64,000 bases of DNA from an uncultured Actinomycetes bacterium (GTDB taxonomy: Bacteria; Actinomycetota; Thermoleophilia; UBA2241): positions 678,345 to 742,344 of the forward strand of contig CAVXDR010000005.1 of NCBI GenBank assembly GCA_963760655.1, given 5' to 3'. A program made the translations under genes and the position numbers. The notes below the pieces were generated by a model, which was not told the DNA's origin, searched no databases, and saw nothing but the letters and a program-made list of their open reading frames with translations. The stretch's first letter is position 1. Every line of letters starts with the position of its first letter. Shown here piece by piece: positions 36,801 through 47,076 of the stretch.

Positions 36801-37607
36801 ATGGCCGGTCACGGGCAGCCCGACATCGAGTACGACGCCTACGCCTCCGACGAGCTCGCCGAGATCTACGACGCCGTGTACGCCGACCGCGACGACGCCG
36901 CTTTGTGGGCGACGCTCGCGCCCGACGACGGCGCCACGCTCGAGCTCGCTTGCGGCACGGGCCGCGTGCTGCTGCCGCTGGCGCGCGCCGGCCATCAGAT
37001 CGTCGGCCTCGACCTGTCGCCCGCCATGCTCGCCCGCTGCCGCGCCAAGGTGGCCGGCGAGCCGCCTGCCGTGCAGGAGCGTGTGCGCCTCGTCCAGGCA
37101 GACATGACCGCCTTCGACCTGGGCCGGCGGTTCTCCCTGGTCACGAGCCCGTTCCGCGGCTTTCAGCACCTCACCGCGGTGGCCGATCAGCTCGCCTGCC
37201 TGGGCCGCTGTCACGCCCACCTGGCCGCCGGCGGCCGCCTCGTGCTCGACCTGTTCAACCCCGACCCCGCGCTGCTCTACGCCGAGGGCGACAGCGACGG
37301 CGAGGAGACGGCCGAGACGGTGGCCTGGACCGCCGGCCGCACCATCCGCTGGTGGGGTCATGTGACCGGCTACCACCGCGCCCGCCAGTTCAACCAGTGC
37401 GAGATGGTCTACGAGATCACGGAGCCCGGCGGCGCCACCCGGCGGGTGAGCGAGCGTTTTCCCATGCGCTACCTGTTCCGCTACGAGCTCGAGCACCTGC
37501 TGGCCCGCGCCGGCTTCGCCGTCGAGGCCCTCTACGGCGACTACGACCGCTCGCCCTACGACGACGACTCGCCCGAGCTCATCGTCGTAGCCCGGCCGAT
37601 CGCCTGA
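36801..37607 (+). CDS. Class I SAM-dependent methyltransferase
   Basis: LELACGTGRV, GLDLSPAML, QADM..FDL, HLAAGGRLVLD. Confidence 0.9.
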   Translation: MAGHGQPDIEYDAYASDELAEIYDAVYADRDDAALWATLAPDDGATLELACGTGRVLLPLARAGHQIVGLDLSPAMLARCRAKVAGEPPAVQERVRLVQADMTAFDLGRRFSLVTSPFRGFQHLTAVADQLACLGRCHAHLAAGGRLVLDLFNPDPALLYAEGDSDGEETAETVAWTAGRTIRWWGHVTGYHRARQFNQCEMVYEITEPGGATRRVSERFPMRYLFRYELEHLLARAGFAVEALYGDYDRSPYDDDSPELIVVARPIA

Positions 37608-37774
37608 CTTTCCACCGCTCGCGACACCTGCGGCGCACCGTCACCCCCGCGGCACCGTCACGCCGCGGCAACATCATGCTGCGCACCCTGACCCCGGCGC
37701 AACGCCGCATCTCCTCGCCCTGCGGGGAACCATGGCGCCACGCGGGCCGCGGCCCGGTACGACAAGGAGGACGC

Positions 37775-38533
37775 ATGGGCGAACGGCTCGCCGGCAAAGT
37801 GACGATCGTGACCGGCGCCGGCTCGGGCATCGGCAGGGCGACGGCGATCCGCTTCGCCGAGGAGGGCGCCCGCGTGACCTGCGTCGACATCGACGCCGAG
37901 ACTGTGGCGGCGACGGCCGCCGCGATCGGCGGCGCGGCCGTCGCCGTGGCCGCCGACATCGCCGACCCCAAGCAGGTGCGCGCCTACACCGACGAGACGG
38001 TGGCGCGCTGGGGCGGCCTGCACGTCGTCTTCAACAACGCCGGCGTCAACCTGCCCGGCGTCTTCCACGAGGTGCCCGACGAGGTCATCGACCGGACGCT
38101 CGCGGTCAACGTCAAGGGCACGATGTACGGCTGCCGCGCGGCCATCCCCCACCTGCTGCGCGCCGGCGGCGGGTCGATCATCAACACGAGCTCGGTGAAC
38201 GGCGTCGTCGCCGAGCCGTTCCTCGCCGTCTACGCCGCCTCGAAGGGCGCGATCGTCATGCTCTCCAAGGGGATCGCGCTCGACTACGCCAAGCAGGGTA
38301 TCCGCTGCAACGCGATCGCGCCCGGCTGGGTGGACACGCCGGTCAACTACGCCCACGCCGAGCTGCTCGGCGGCCTCGAGCGCGTCTACGCGACGATCGA
38401 CTCGTTCCAGCCGATCGGACGCCCCGGCGAGCCGCGCGAGATCGCCAACGTCGCGCTGTTCCTGGCCTCCGACGAGTCGTCGTTCGTGACGGGCGCACTG
38501 ATCGTCGCCGACGGCGCGATGACCGCGCAGTAG
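37775..38533 (+). CDS. Short-chain dehydrogenase/reductase
   Basis: TGAGSGIG, FNNAG, NTSS, YAASK, IAPG. ATG 37775 with SD AAGGAGG. Confidence 0.93.
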   Translation: MGERLAGKVTIVTGAGSGIGRATAIRFAEEGARVTCVDIDAETVAATAAAIGGAAVAVAADIADPKQVRAYTDETVARWGGLHVVFNNAGVNLPGVFHEVPDEVIDRTLAVNVKGTMYGCRAAIPHLLRAGGGSIINTSSVNGVVAEPFLAVYAASKGAIVMLSKGIALDYAKQGIRCNAIAPGWVDTPVNYAHAELLGGLERVYATIDSFQPIGRPGEPREIANVALFLASDESSFVTGALIVADGAMTAQ

Positions 38534-38697
38534 GGCCTCGGGGCAGCGCGGACGCGGCGTAGCCAAGGTCGATCGGGCGCGCCGGGCCGGGTGCCGGCCG
38601 CGCGTGCCGCGCGGGCGGCGGCCGCGTGCCGCGCGGGTGGCGCTGACCGCCGGGTGAGCCTGCCCGGCGCGGGTGGCGGCTGGCCTCCGGGTGGGGC

Positions 38698-39060
38698 CTA
38701 CCCGGCGCGCGTCCCGTTCGGCACCGGCCGCTCCGGCACTGCCAGCGCCGGTGCGATGCCGTCGGCGTAGCCGAGGTCGAAGAACATCGCCTCGGACAGC
38801 ACGCCGGCCATCTCGCGCGGCTCGAGGTTGACGAGGAAGAGGGTCTGCACGCCGACGAGCGCGGTCACGTCGGCGCGCTCCTTCTTCATGCCGGCGACCA
38901 CGGTGCGCGTGCGGTCGCCGAAGTCGACCACGAACCGCACGAGCTTGTTCGAGCCCGCCACGTCGTGGACGCTCTCGATCGTCCCCACGCGGATGTCGAG
39001 CGCCTCGAGCGCAGCGATGGGCACGGACGGCTTGACCGGCGCCGGTCCCACGCTCGTCAC
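38698..39060 (-). CDS. csaA: tRNA-binding OB-fold protein (CsaA/Trbp111-like)
   Basis: LDIRVGTI, KL..VDFGD..RTVVAG, VNLEPREMAGVLSE, VPNGTR. Confidence 0.82.
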   Translation of the reverse strand: MTSVGPAPVKPSVPIAALEALDIRVGTIESVHDVAGSNKLVRFVVDFGDRTRTVVAGMKKERADVTALVGVQTLFLVNLEPREMAGVLSEAMFFDLGYADGIAPALAVPERPVPNGTRAG

Positions 39061-39656
39061 CTCTGCCGGCGCCAGCCGTCGAGCAGGGTCGACACCACGG
39101 CCGCCTCGCCCTCGGCCGGCGACAGGCGGCCACCCGCGACCTCGTGCAGGACCATCACCAGCGCACCGCCGAACACGGCACCCAGGGCGACCGCCGACAG
39201 CTCGCGCGGAAACTCTCCCAGGGCCCTGCCCCGCTCGAAGAGCGCGAGGATTGGCCGCTCAAAGCGTTCCTCCATGTCGCAGCGCCGGTCGCGGGCGGGC
39301 TCGAAGGTCTCCTGCACGAACAGAAACCGATACCGGTCGCTCATCTCGAACAGCGCGGCGATCAACCGGGTCAGGGCCTCGCTCGCCGGGCCCTCGCCGA
39401 GGCGGCTCGCGGCGAGCGCGTTCTCCACGTCGTCGAGGGCGCGCGCCAGGATCGCGTCGATCAGCACCTCGCGCGTAGGGAAGTGGCGGTACAGCGTGGC
39501 ACGGCCGATGCGCGACTCGGCGGCGATCTCGGCCATGCCCGCCGCCGGGTCGCGCGACAGCAGTCGCGCGGCGTGGTCGAGCACCGCCTCGCGATTGCGC
39601 GTCGCGTCGGCGCGCCGGCCGTACGGCCGTTCGGCGGGCATGGCTTCGTGCGTCAT
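39057..39656 (-). CDS. TetR-family transcriptional regulator
   Basis: RADATRNREAVL, MAEIAAESRIGRATLYRHFPTRE HTH. Confidence 0.92.
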   Translation of the reverse strand: MTHEAMPAERPYGRRADATRNREAVLDHAARLLSRDPAAGMAEIAAESRIGRATLYRHFPTREVLIDAILARALDDVENALAASRLGEGPASEALTRLIAALFEMSDRYRFLFVQETFEPARDRRCDMEERFERPILALFERGRALGEFPRELSAVALGAVFGGALVMVLHEVAGGRLSPAEGEAAVVSTLLDGWRRQR

Positions 39657-39692
39657 GGGCAGGCCTCCGGCTACGATGCCTTCCCTCGGACT

Positions 39693-41888
39693 CTACTCCC
39701 GGTCCGGCCCGGGCGCCGCCGCGGCGCGCGCGACAGTCTCAGGCGCCGCTCCGGCGCCGACCGCCGGCCCGCCGGCGACCGCTGCCGCCGGCGCGAGCGC
39801 TTGTCCGACCTGGTGCCCCGGCCACCAGACGCGATGGCCGAGCAGGGTAGCGACACTGGGCACGAGCGTCGCGGCCATGACGAAGGCCACGAGCATGATG
39901 CCGACGGCGACGGCGAAGCCCATCTCGGCGAGCAGCGTGACGCCGGCGGTCAGCAGCGACGCGAACGTGCCGGCCAGGATGACGCCGGCCGAGGCCACCG
40001 TGGGGCCGCCGTGAGCGACCGCCATCGCGGCGGCGTCGTGCGGGCTCGCGCCCTCGACGATCTCCTCGCGCAGCCGGGTCGTCAGTAGGATGTTGTAGTC
40101 GGTGCCGACCGCGACCACGAACAGGTACACGATCATCGGCATGGCGAACATGATGCCGGCGTCGCCCCCGATCCACTGGAAGGCGATCACCGAGGCGCCC
40201 AGGGTGGCCGCGAAGCCGAGCGCCACGCCGGCCAGCAGGTAGAACGGGGCGACGAGGCTGCGCAGCAGCACGGCGAGGATCAGCAAGATGAGCAGCGCCG
40301 CAACCGGATAGACCACGCGGTAGTCGCGGTTCGACGCCGCGCGCACGTCGGCGAAGCCCATGCTCTGCCCGCCGACGAGCGCCTGATGCCCCTGCCCTGC
40401 AGCGGCGTGCGCCACGGCTTTCAGGCGCTCCACGACCGCGAGCGCCTGGTTGCTGAGTGGCGCGGCCACGAGGCTCGCGTCGAACGCCACCGTGCGGCCG
40501 TCCCTGGTCGACCCCGCCGGGGTGACGGTCGCCACGCCGCTCACGCTCTTGAGCCGCGCGGCGAAGGCCGTCATCTCGCCGGCGGCCAGCGGGCTCGAGC
40601 CCGTCAGATAGACCTGGGTCGGACTGAGGGCGCCGGCCGGGAAGGCGCTCTCGAGCAGCGTCGTCGCCCGCGCCGACTCGGTCTTCGAGGGAAGCTGGCC
40701 GCTCATGTCGTAGCTCGCGTGCATGAAGAACGCGCCGGCGGCGAGCGCCACGAGGATGCCGCCCGAGGCGAGCGCCATGCGCCCCGGCTGACGTGCGATG
40801 CGACCGGCGACCGCCCGCCAGATGCGGCTCGGCCGCGCCGTCCGCCAGTGCTTCGAGGGCCAGAACACCTTGGGCCCGATCAGCGCCAGCAGCGCCGGGA
40901 TCAGGGTGAGCGCGGCCAGCAGCATGAGCGCGACGGAGGTGACGAAGGCCGGGGCCATCGTCTGGAACGACTTGAGGTCGGAGAGGCCGAGCGCGCCCAT
41001 GGCGGCGATCACGACGAAGGCCGACGATGCGATGGCCACTCCCACGCGATGCACGGCGGTGCGCACCGCGACGCGCGACTCGTCGCCGGCGCGCAGGCGC
41101 TCCCGGTAGCGGAACAGCAGGAAGAGGATGTAGTCGGTGCCGATGCCGAACAGCACGACGACGAGCAGCGTGGTGAGCGAGGCGTCGACCTTGAAGCCGA
41201 AGTACTTGGCGAGGTCGGCCAGGACCGACGTCGACAGGGCGTACACCAGGCCGATCGAGGCGACGGGCAGGGCCCCGGCGATGGGGCTGCGGAAGATCAG
41301 GCCGAGCAACACGACGATCAGCACGATGGTGACGATCGCCACGATCCTGGTCGCCGAGTCGAACGACTGCATCGTGTCGTAGGCCATGGCGACGGTGCCG
41401 GCCAGACCGGCCTTGAGGCCGCTGCCGGCGAGCAGGCTCGTCGCTTTGGCGCGCAGGAGCGGCACCGCGTCCTGCAGGCTCTTGTCCTGGGGAGCGCCCC
41501 TGAAGAGCACGGTCACGAGCTGCATCGTGCCGTTCGGGGCGATCATGGTCTTGCTGGTGACGACTCCCGCGACGTGGGCGATACGCGCTTGGTTCAGGCC
41601 GAGCGTGAGAGCCCCGACGCGGGCGAGGTCGGCGGCCGTCAGCCGGGCGCCGTCGGCGCGCCGCACCACGAAGACGCTCGTGGCGTCGGCATTCTGCGGA
41701 AACGCCCGGGTCGCCAGGTCCTGCGCCTTCATCGACTCATACGACTTGGGCAGGAAGCTCGTCTGGTCGGAGCTCGAGACGCTCGAAAGCGACGGCGAGA
41801 GCGCGACGATCGCGACGGCCCCCACCACCCAGGCGGCGATCACCCACCAGGGGCGCCGGGTCACGAATCGGCCAAGTCGAGAGAACAC
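39693..41888 (-). CDS. MMPL/RND-family transporter
   Basis: Two repeats with FGIGTDYILFL..RYRE and VAVGTDYNILL..RLREE. GTG 41888 with SD AGGAGG. Confidence 0.92.
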   Translation of the reverse strand: MFSRLGRFVTRRPWWVIAAWVVGAVAIVALSPSLSSVSSSDQTSFLPKSYESMKAQDLATRAFPQNADATSVFVVRRADGARLTAADLARVGALTLGLNQARIAHVAGVVTSKTMIAPNGTMQLVTVLFRGAPQDKSLQDAVPLLRAKATSLLAGSGLKAGLAGTVAMAYDTMQSFDSATRIVAIVTIVLIVVLLGLIFRSPIAGALPVASIGLVYALSTSVLADLAKYFGFKVDASLTTLLVVVLFGIGTDYILFLLFRYRERLRAGDESRVAVRTAVHRVGVAIASSAFVVIAAMGALGLSDLKSFQTMAPAFVTSVALMLLAALTLIPALLALIGPKVFWPSKHWRTARPSRIWRAVAGRIARQPGRMALASGGILVALAAGAFFMHASYDMSGQLPSKTESARATTLLESAFPAGALSPTQVYLTGSSPLAAGEMTAFAARLKSVSGVATVTPAGSTRDGRTVAFDASLVAAPLSNQALAVVERLKAVAHAAAGQGHQALVGGQSMGFADVRAASNRDYRVVYPVAALLILLILAVLLRSLVAPFYLLAGVALGFAATLGASVIAFQWIGGDAGIMFAMPMIVYLFVVAVGTDYNILLTTRLREEIVEGASPHDAAAMAVAHGGPTVASAGVILAGTFASLLTAGVTLLAEMGFAVAVGIMLVAFVMAATLVPSVATLLGHRVWWPGHQVGQALAPAAAVAGGPAVGAGAAPETVARAAAAPGPDRE

Positions 41889-41910
41889 GCGGCAGACCTC
41901 CTGGACGGCG

Positions 41911-41963
41911 AACAGAGACAGGCGAATCTCGGAAATATAAGACGCGTCTGTCTCTGTTGTCAA
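41911..41963 (-). promoter_or_regulatory. mmpL-tetR promoter overlapped by an inverted-repeat operator
   Basis: -35 TTGACA (41958-41963), -10 TATATT (41934-41939); arms AACAGAGACAGGCG (41911-41924) and CGTCTGTCTCTGTT (41945-41958) match at 13 of 14 positions. Confidence 0.7.
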
Positions 41964-42036
41964 ACCAGCCCGGGTCTCGGGTGAGTCCGGCCGGTCGGCG
42001 CGATCCGGCGGTCACCCAGCGCCGCGCCGCGGGACG

Positions 42037-43147
42037 CTACCCGTCCTCCTCGCCGAGGGCCAGGCGCACGAGCCGGTCGAGCAGCGCGCCGAAGGGTATG
42101 CCGGCGGCGGCCGCGGCCTTCGGCAGCAGGCTGTTGATCGTCATGCCGGGCAGGGTGTTCACCTCGAGCACGACCGGTCCGCGCTCCTCGGTCACGATCA
42201 CGTCGACGCGGGCGTACCCGCGGCAGTCGAGGGCACGGAAGGCGCGCACCGCCAGGTCCTGGAGCGCCGCGGCCTCGGGGTCGGGCAGCTCGGCCGGACA
42301 GATGTCGTCGGTGAGCGCGGGATCGTACTTGGCGAGATAGTCGAAGAACTCAGAACGCGTGACGATCTCGACCACCGGCAGCGCCGTGAGGGTGTGATCG
42401 CCGATCACGCCGACCGTCACCTCGCGCCCCTCGAGCAGCTCCTCGACGAGCACGCGGTCGTCGTAAGCGAAGGCGTCGTCGAGCGCCGGCCGCAACTGTT
42501 CGACCCGGTCCACGCGGCTCACCGACGCTCGAGCCCTGCCTGGCCGGCTTGACGAAGGCGGGCAGCCGGGCCGCGGCGCGGCGCATGGTCTCGTCGTCCG
42601 GATCGGCGCGCCCGACGACGACGGCGCGCGGCACCGGGATACCCGCGGTGGCGAGCATCCTGTTGGCCATCGTCTTGTCCATGGCAAGGGCCGAGGCCAG
42701 CACGCCCGAGCCCACGTAGGGGATGCCTAAGATTTCGAGCATGCCCTGGATGGTGCCGTCCTCACCGTAGGGACCGTGCAGGGCGATGAAGGCGACATCG
42801 ATGCGCGGCTTGCCCTCGCCGATGCCCACCGCCTCGGTCGCCGGCGCCGCCGCGGCGGCGGCGCTCTGGATCTCGGCACGGAAGGCGGCCGGCAGCGCCC
42901 GGTCGCGCTCGCCGAGCTCCTCGGTCGCGCCGCCCTGGCCGAGCAGCGCCCGCGCTTTGAGAGCGAGCTCGGCCGAAAGCTTCGGGTTGCCCGCCATCAG
43001 GGCGAGCGAGTCGAAGAGCAGCACCTCGTAGCGGTCGGCTGGCAGGTGGTCGGCGATCATGCGGCCGGTGGCCAGCGAGATCTCGCGCTCGGCCGAGGCC
43101 CCGCCGAGCAGCACGCCGACCCGGATGCGGCGACCGGTGTCACTCAT
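42037..43147 (-). pseudogene. ddl: D-alanine--D-alanine ligase, frameshifted near 42522
   Basis: First frame: GGASAEREISL, LHGPYGEDGTIQG, SALAMDK, VKPARQGSSVG. Continuation in another frame: VSRVD..VLVEE..GREVTV, FFDYLAKY, ARVD, LEVNTLPGMT. Confidence 0.85.
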
Positions 43148-43295
43148 GCGAGCCTCCCCTGTCGTCGAATGCGGATACGGTCCGGCGATCATCTGCCCAA
43201 AGGCCGGCCGCCACGCTTGAGACTGCGGCCGCTGCCGGGGTTTTCAGGTGGTTTGGCGGTTCGTGACGGCTCTGAGCGGCCACGCCGCCGGCGAC

Positions 43296-43370
43296 TGGTG
43301 GGCGATGCTGGATTTGAACCAGCGACTCCCTGCTTGTAAGGCAGGTGCTCTACCCCTGAGCTAATCGCCC
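43296..43370 (-). tRNA. tRNA-Val (TAC)
   Basis: GGGCGATTAGCTCAGGGGTAGAGCACCTGCCT-TAC-AAGCAGGGAGTCGCTGGTTCAAATCCAGCATCGCCCACCA; upstream -10 TATAAT at 43390-43395. Confidence 0.97.
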
Positions 43371-43418
43371 CCGATGTGCGGCAACGCGGATTATACAGAG
43401 CGTGGGTAGACTACCGGC

Positions 43419-44270
43419 GTGGACCGGACCGCGAGACCCACGACGGACGCCGCCGAGAGCGGCGGCCCGGTGCCGTCCGCGATGCCGCACGAGCCGGCCG
43501 CGGCGGCGGCGGCGGCGAGCAAGCTCGCCGTCGAGCACCTGTCCTACGCCGTCGCCGCCGGCGGCGAGCGTCGCCTCATCCTCGACGACGTCTCGCTGGC
43601 CGTACCGGCCGGCCGCTTCTTCACCGTCCTGGGGCCGTCGGGTAGCGGCAAGAGCACGCTGCTGCGCTGCCTCAACCGCCTGATCGAGCCCACCGCCGGT
43701 ACGATCCTGCTCGACGGCGAGCCGACGTCGGCCCTGCCGGTGCAGACGCTGCGGCGGCGCGTCGGCATGGTCTTTCAGACGGCCGCGCTGTTCGAGGGCA
43801 CCGTGCTCGACAACGTGCTCTACGGGCCGCGCCTGCGCCGCGAGCAGCTCGACGGGAGCTTCGCTGACGGTCTGCTCGAACGAGTCGGGCTGCCGCGCGC
43901 TTTCGCCGCCAAGCCGGTCGGCGAGCTCTCGGGCGGCGAGGCCCAGCGCGTCTCGCTGGCCCGCGCGCTCGCCAACCGCCCCGAGGTGCTGCTCCTCGAC
44001 GAGCCGACCGCCTCGCTCGACCCCACGGCGAGCGCCCAGGTCGAGCGCCTGCTCGCGCAGCTCGCCGCCGGGGGCGACCTGACCTTCGTCTTCGTCACCC
44101 ACAACCTGGACCAGGCGCGCCGAGTCGGCCATCGCGGGCTGCTGCTGGTCGACGGCCGCGTCATCGAGGAGGGTCCCCTCGCCGAGATGCTCGCCGACCC
44201 CGGCACCGACGTCATGCGGCTCTTTATCGAGGGGCGGCTGACCGCCGACGGCGGCGCAGCGGCGTCATGA
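43419..44270 (+). CDS. fetA: ABC transporter ATP-binding protein (FetA/YbbL-like)
   Basis: GPSGSGKS, LSGGEAQR, LLLDEPT, VTH; coupled to a UPF0014 permease; TAGACT 6 nt before the GTG. Confidence 0.8.
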   Translation: MDRTARPTTDAAESGGPVPSAMPHEPAAAAAAASKLAVEHLSYAVAAGGERRLILDDVSLAVPAGRFFTVLGPSGSGKSTLLRCLNRLIEPTAGTILLDGEPTSALPVQTLRRRVGMVFQTAALFEGTVLDNVLYGPRLRREQLDGSFADGLLERVGLPRAFAAKPVGELSGGEAQRVSLARALANRPEVLLLDEPTASLDPTASAQVERLLAQLAAGGDLTFVFVTHNLDQARRVGHRGLLLVDGRVIEEGPLAEMLADPGTDVMRLFIEGRLTADGGAAAS

Positions 44271-45079
44271 GCGTCCTGGCGACGAGCGGCTCGCACTTCA
44301 GCTTCACGAACGTGGCCGTGGCCGTCGTCATGGTCGGCGTGGCGCTCGGCCTGTCGCGCTGGCGGCGGCTCGACCTCGAGCGTGACATAGCGATCGCCGC
44401 GATCCGTGCGTTCGTGCAGCTCATGGCGATCGGCTACGTGATCGACCTCATCTTCCGCTCGCGCAGCACGGTCGCCGTGGTCGCCATGCTGGCCGCCATG
44501 GTCGGCTTCGCGGCCTTCACCTCGGGGCAGCGCTTCCGCGGCCTGCCGTGCCGCTTCGGCATCGCCCTGGCCGCGATCGGCCTGTCGTCGGTCGCGACGC
44601 TCGGCCTCATGGTGGCGCTCGGCATCATCTCTCGCGACGCCCGCTACCTGATCCCGATCGGCGGCATGGTGATCGGCAACTCCATGAACGTCGCCTCGGT
44701 CACCGGCGTGCGCCTGATCGAGGACACGCGGGCGCAGCGCACGGTCGTCGAGGCGGCCCTCGCCCTCGGCGCGAGCCCGCGCCAGGCGGCCCACGCGGTG
44801 CTGCGCCGCGCCGTGCGCCTCGCGCTCATCCCCACGATCGACAGCACCAAGACGATGGGCATCGTCTTTCTGCCGGGCGCCATGACCGGCATGATCATCG
44901 CCGGCGCCCGGCCGCTCGACGCCGTGCGCCTGCAGATCGTGATCATGTACATGCTGCTGACCGCCGTGGCCGTAACGGCCGTCACCGTGGGGTTGCTGGT
45001 GGTCGGCTCGCTGTTCACGACCGAGCAGCAGGTGCGTCGCGTAGGTGAGCCCGCCCAGGTCGGCGGGCGGGCGGGCTGA
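44267..45079 (+). CDS. fetB: UPF0014 ABC permease (FetB/YbbM-like)
   Basis: RAFVQLMAIGY, YLIPIGGMVIGNSM, EAALALGAS, PTIDSTKTMGIVFLPGAMTGMIIAG. Confidence 0.88.
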   Translation: MSVLATSGSHFSFTNVAVAVVMVGVALGLSRWRRLDLERDIAIAAIRAFVQLMAIGYVIDLIFRSRSTVAVVAMLAAMVGFAAFTSGQRFRGLPCRFGIALAAIGLSSVATLGLMVALGIISRDARYLIPIGGMVIGNSMNVASVTGVRLIEDTRAQRTVVEAALALGASPRQAAHAVLRRAVRLALIPTIDSTKTMGIVFLPGAMTGMIIAGARPLDAVRLQIVIMYMLLTAVAVTAVTVGLLVVGSLFTTEQQVRRVGEPAQVGGRAG

Positions 45080-45115
45080 CGGCCCGGTCCGCAGGCCGGT
45101 CGACGGCCGGTCGGC

Positions 45116-46393
45116 CTAGCGGCTCGCGATCGTGTCGACGGCGACCCGCCAGGCGGAGCCGTCCCAGTGCACCACGAGCGGCGAGCTCGACGTGCCGGCG
45201 CCGGTCGTGCCGGCGATCCACACGTCGCTGGGCGACAGCGCCGCGACCGCATCGAGCTGCACGTACGGCAGGGCGGCGATGCCCATGTCCTGGGTCGTGA
45301 CCGGCTGCCAGGTCGCGCCGTCGTAGTGCGCGACACCGGCGGCCGCGGCCAGCCAGACGCAGGCCGGCGTGGGCGCGGCGAGCGCCTCGCGCACGCCGCT
45401 GAACGTCTGCGACACATCGAGCCACTGCGTGCCGTCGTCGTGCTGCAGCAGGGCGTCGCCGGCGCCCCACACGTCGTCGGCAGACGTCGCGGCCACCGTG
45501 AGGAGGCCGCCGTCGCTCACGCCGCCGTCTGCGACCTGGGACCAGGTCGCGCCGTCGTATCTCATGGTCAGCACGTGGCTGCCGTCGGCGGCCACACCGA
45601 CCGCCCAGAGGCCCGTCGCCGTGCCGTCGACCGCGTTCAGCGCTCCGCCGCCGGGGATGGGCGGCAGGACGGCCGGCCGCCAGGCGACGCCGTTCCAGTG
45701 GGTCGCGTACGGCGCCCCGTAGGAGCTGCCGACCGCCCAGACGTCGTTCGCGGCGAGGACGGTCAGGCCGTGGAGCACGGCTTCGCCGTCGTGCGCGGCG
45801 GTCAGCACTGCCTGCCACTGCACGCCGTTCCAATGGACGACGTCGCCGGCCGGGCCGAGCGCCCAGGCCTCGCCGTCGTCCGCGACGCCGACCGCCGTGA
45901 GCGGACCGACGTCGGGCACCGGCGTCTCGCTCCAGGCCGCGCCGTCGTAGTGCAACGCGAAGGAGTGTTGCGTCGTGCCCCCGGCGGGGTCGCCTTGAGC
46001 GCCGACCGACCACACGTCGGCCGGCGAGAGCTCGGCGAGCGCCGCTATGCCGTAGCCGACGCGCGCGACGCCGGGGGCGGGCGAGGTCAGGCCGGGCACG
46101 ACCGGCTCGACGTAGGCCGGCGCGCCGCCGCCCGGCCCGGCGAGCACCGCGTTCGGCGTCGCGGGGCCCTGGGACCGCTGGTTCGCGGCCAGCAGCCCCA
46201 CGGCGAGGGCGCCGAGGCCGACGGCCAGGGCCGCGGCCAGAGCGAGGGCGCGGCGCGGCGCCAGGCGACGCGACGTGGGCGCGCGCTCGGGCCGGCTCAT
46301 GCCGGCCGCGGCGCGCGCCGGCGCCGCCTCGGCGGCGCAGCGCTGCAACTGACCGCGCAGGTCGCTCAGATAGTCGTCGAAGCCGCTGCTCAT
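45116..46393 (-). CDS. Putative anti-sigma factor: short cytoplasmic N-terminus, TM helix, extracellular beta-propeller
   Basis: Translationally coupled to the ECF sigma gene (ATGA); repeats DVWSVG..HYDGAAW, DVWAVG..HWNGVAW, DVWIAG..HWDGSAW. Confidence 0.65.
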   Translation of the reverse strand: MSSGFDDYLSDLRGQLQRCAAEAAPARAAAGMSRPERAPTSRRLAPRRALALAAALAVGLGALAVGLLAANQRSQGPATPNAVLAGPGGGAPAYVEPVVPGLTSPAPGVARVGYGIAALAELSPADVWSVGAQGDPAGGTTQHSFALHYDGAAWSETPVPDVGPLTAVGVADDGEAWALGPAGDVVHWNGVQWQAVLTAAHDGEAVLHGLTVLAANDVWAVGSSYGAPYATHWNGVAWRPAVLPPIPGGGALNAVDGTATGLWAVGVAADGSHVLTMRYDGATWSQVADGGVSDGGLLTVAATSADDVWGAGDALLQHDDGTQWLDVSQTFSGVREALAAPTPACVWLAAAAGVAHYDGATWQPVTTQDMGIAALPYVQLDAVAALSPSDVWIAGTTGAGTSSSPLVVHWDGSAWRVAVDTIASR

Positions 46394-47076
46394 CGCCGCT
46401 CTCGCCGGTCAGCGCCGCTACGGCGGTCGCCGGCGGTGGGCGGCGTGTTCTCGGCTTCGTCGCGCAGCGCGGCGAGGTCGTGTGCCAGGCGCTTGAGGCC
46501 GCGGCTCACGCGCTGCCGCATGAGGTCCTCGCTGCAGCCGGCAAGACGGGCGGCTTCGGGGTAGGAGAGGCCGTCGACGACGCGCAGCACGACCGCCTGG
46601 CGGATGTCGCCCTTGAGGGCGTTCAGGGCACCGGCCACGACGTCACGCACCTGCTCGAGGTCGAGGAGCTCCTCGGCCCGCTCGAGGGTTTCGGCCGGCA
46701 CCTCGAGGCGTTCCATGCCGAGGCGGTCCCGCGACTGCGTCTCGACACGCCGCCGGTGGATGTAGCGGGTGAGCTGCCGCCGCGCGATCGTGTACAGCCA
46801 GGCCGTCGCCGCCCCCGGACCGGGGTTGCGAAAGCGGGCACGCCCGGCGAACGCCTGGGCGAAGGTCTCGGCCGTCAGGTCGGCCGCCACCTGCGCGTCG
46901 TAGGTGCGCCGTGCGAAGAACGCGAGGAGCCCGGCCGCGTGGCGGTCGTAGAAGGTGACGAACTGCTCCGGACATGAGGCCGATCCCTCCAGGAGCTCCT
47001 CGTCGCTGCGCAGCGGCAGGCTGGCAACGTTGCCGTCCCTGAGTGGGCTTCTGTCCAGTAAGTGCACGACGTTCAT
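46390..47076 (-). CDS. ECF RNA polymerase sigma factor
   Basis: Region 2 FYDRH..AADLTAETF..WLYTIARR; region 4 VVLRVVDGLSYPEAARLAGCS...RQRVSRG. Start uncertain (47076 ATG or 47088 TTG). Confidence 0.9.
   Translation of the reverse strand: MNVVHLLDRSPLRDGNVASLPLRSDEELLEGSASCPEQFVTFYDRHAAGLLAFFARRTYDAQVAADLTAETFAQAFAGRARFRNPGPGAATAWLYTIARRQLTRYIHRRRVETQSRDRLGMERLEVPAETLERAEELLDLEQVRDVVAGALNALKGDIRQAVVLRVVDGLSYPEAARLAGCSEDLMRQRVSRGLKRLAHDLAALRDEAENTPPTAGDRRSGADRRERR

Noticed and set aside
36593-43295. tRNA-anchored genomic island between tRNA-Val and tRNA-Asp
   Set aside because: No integrase, no duplicated tRNA 3' end seen, and no visible compositional shift.
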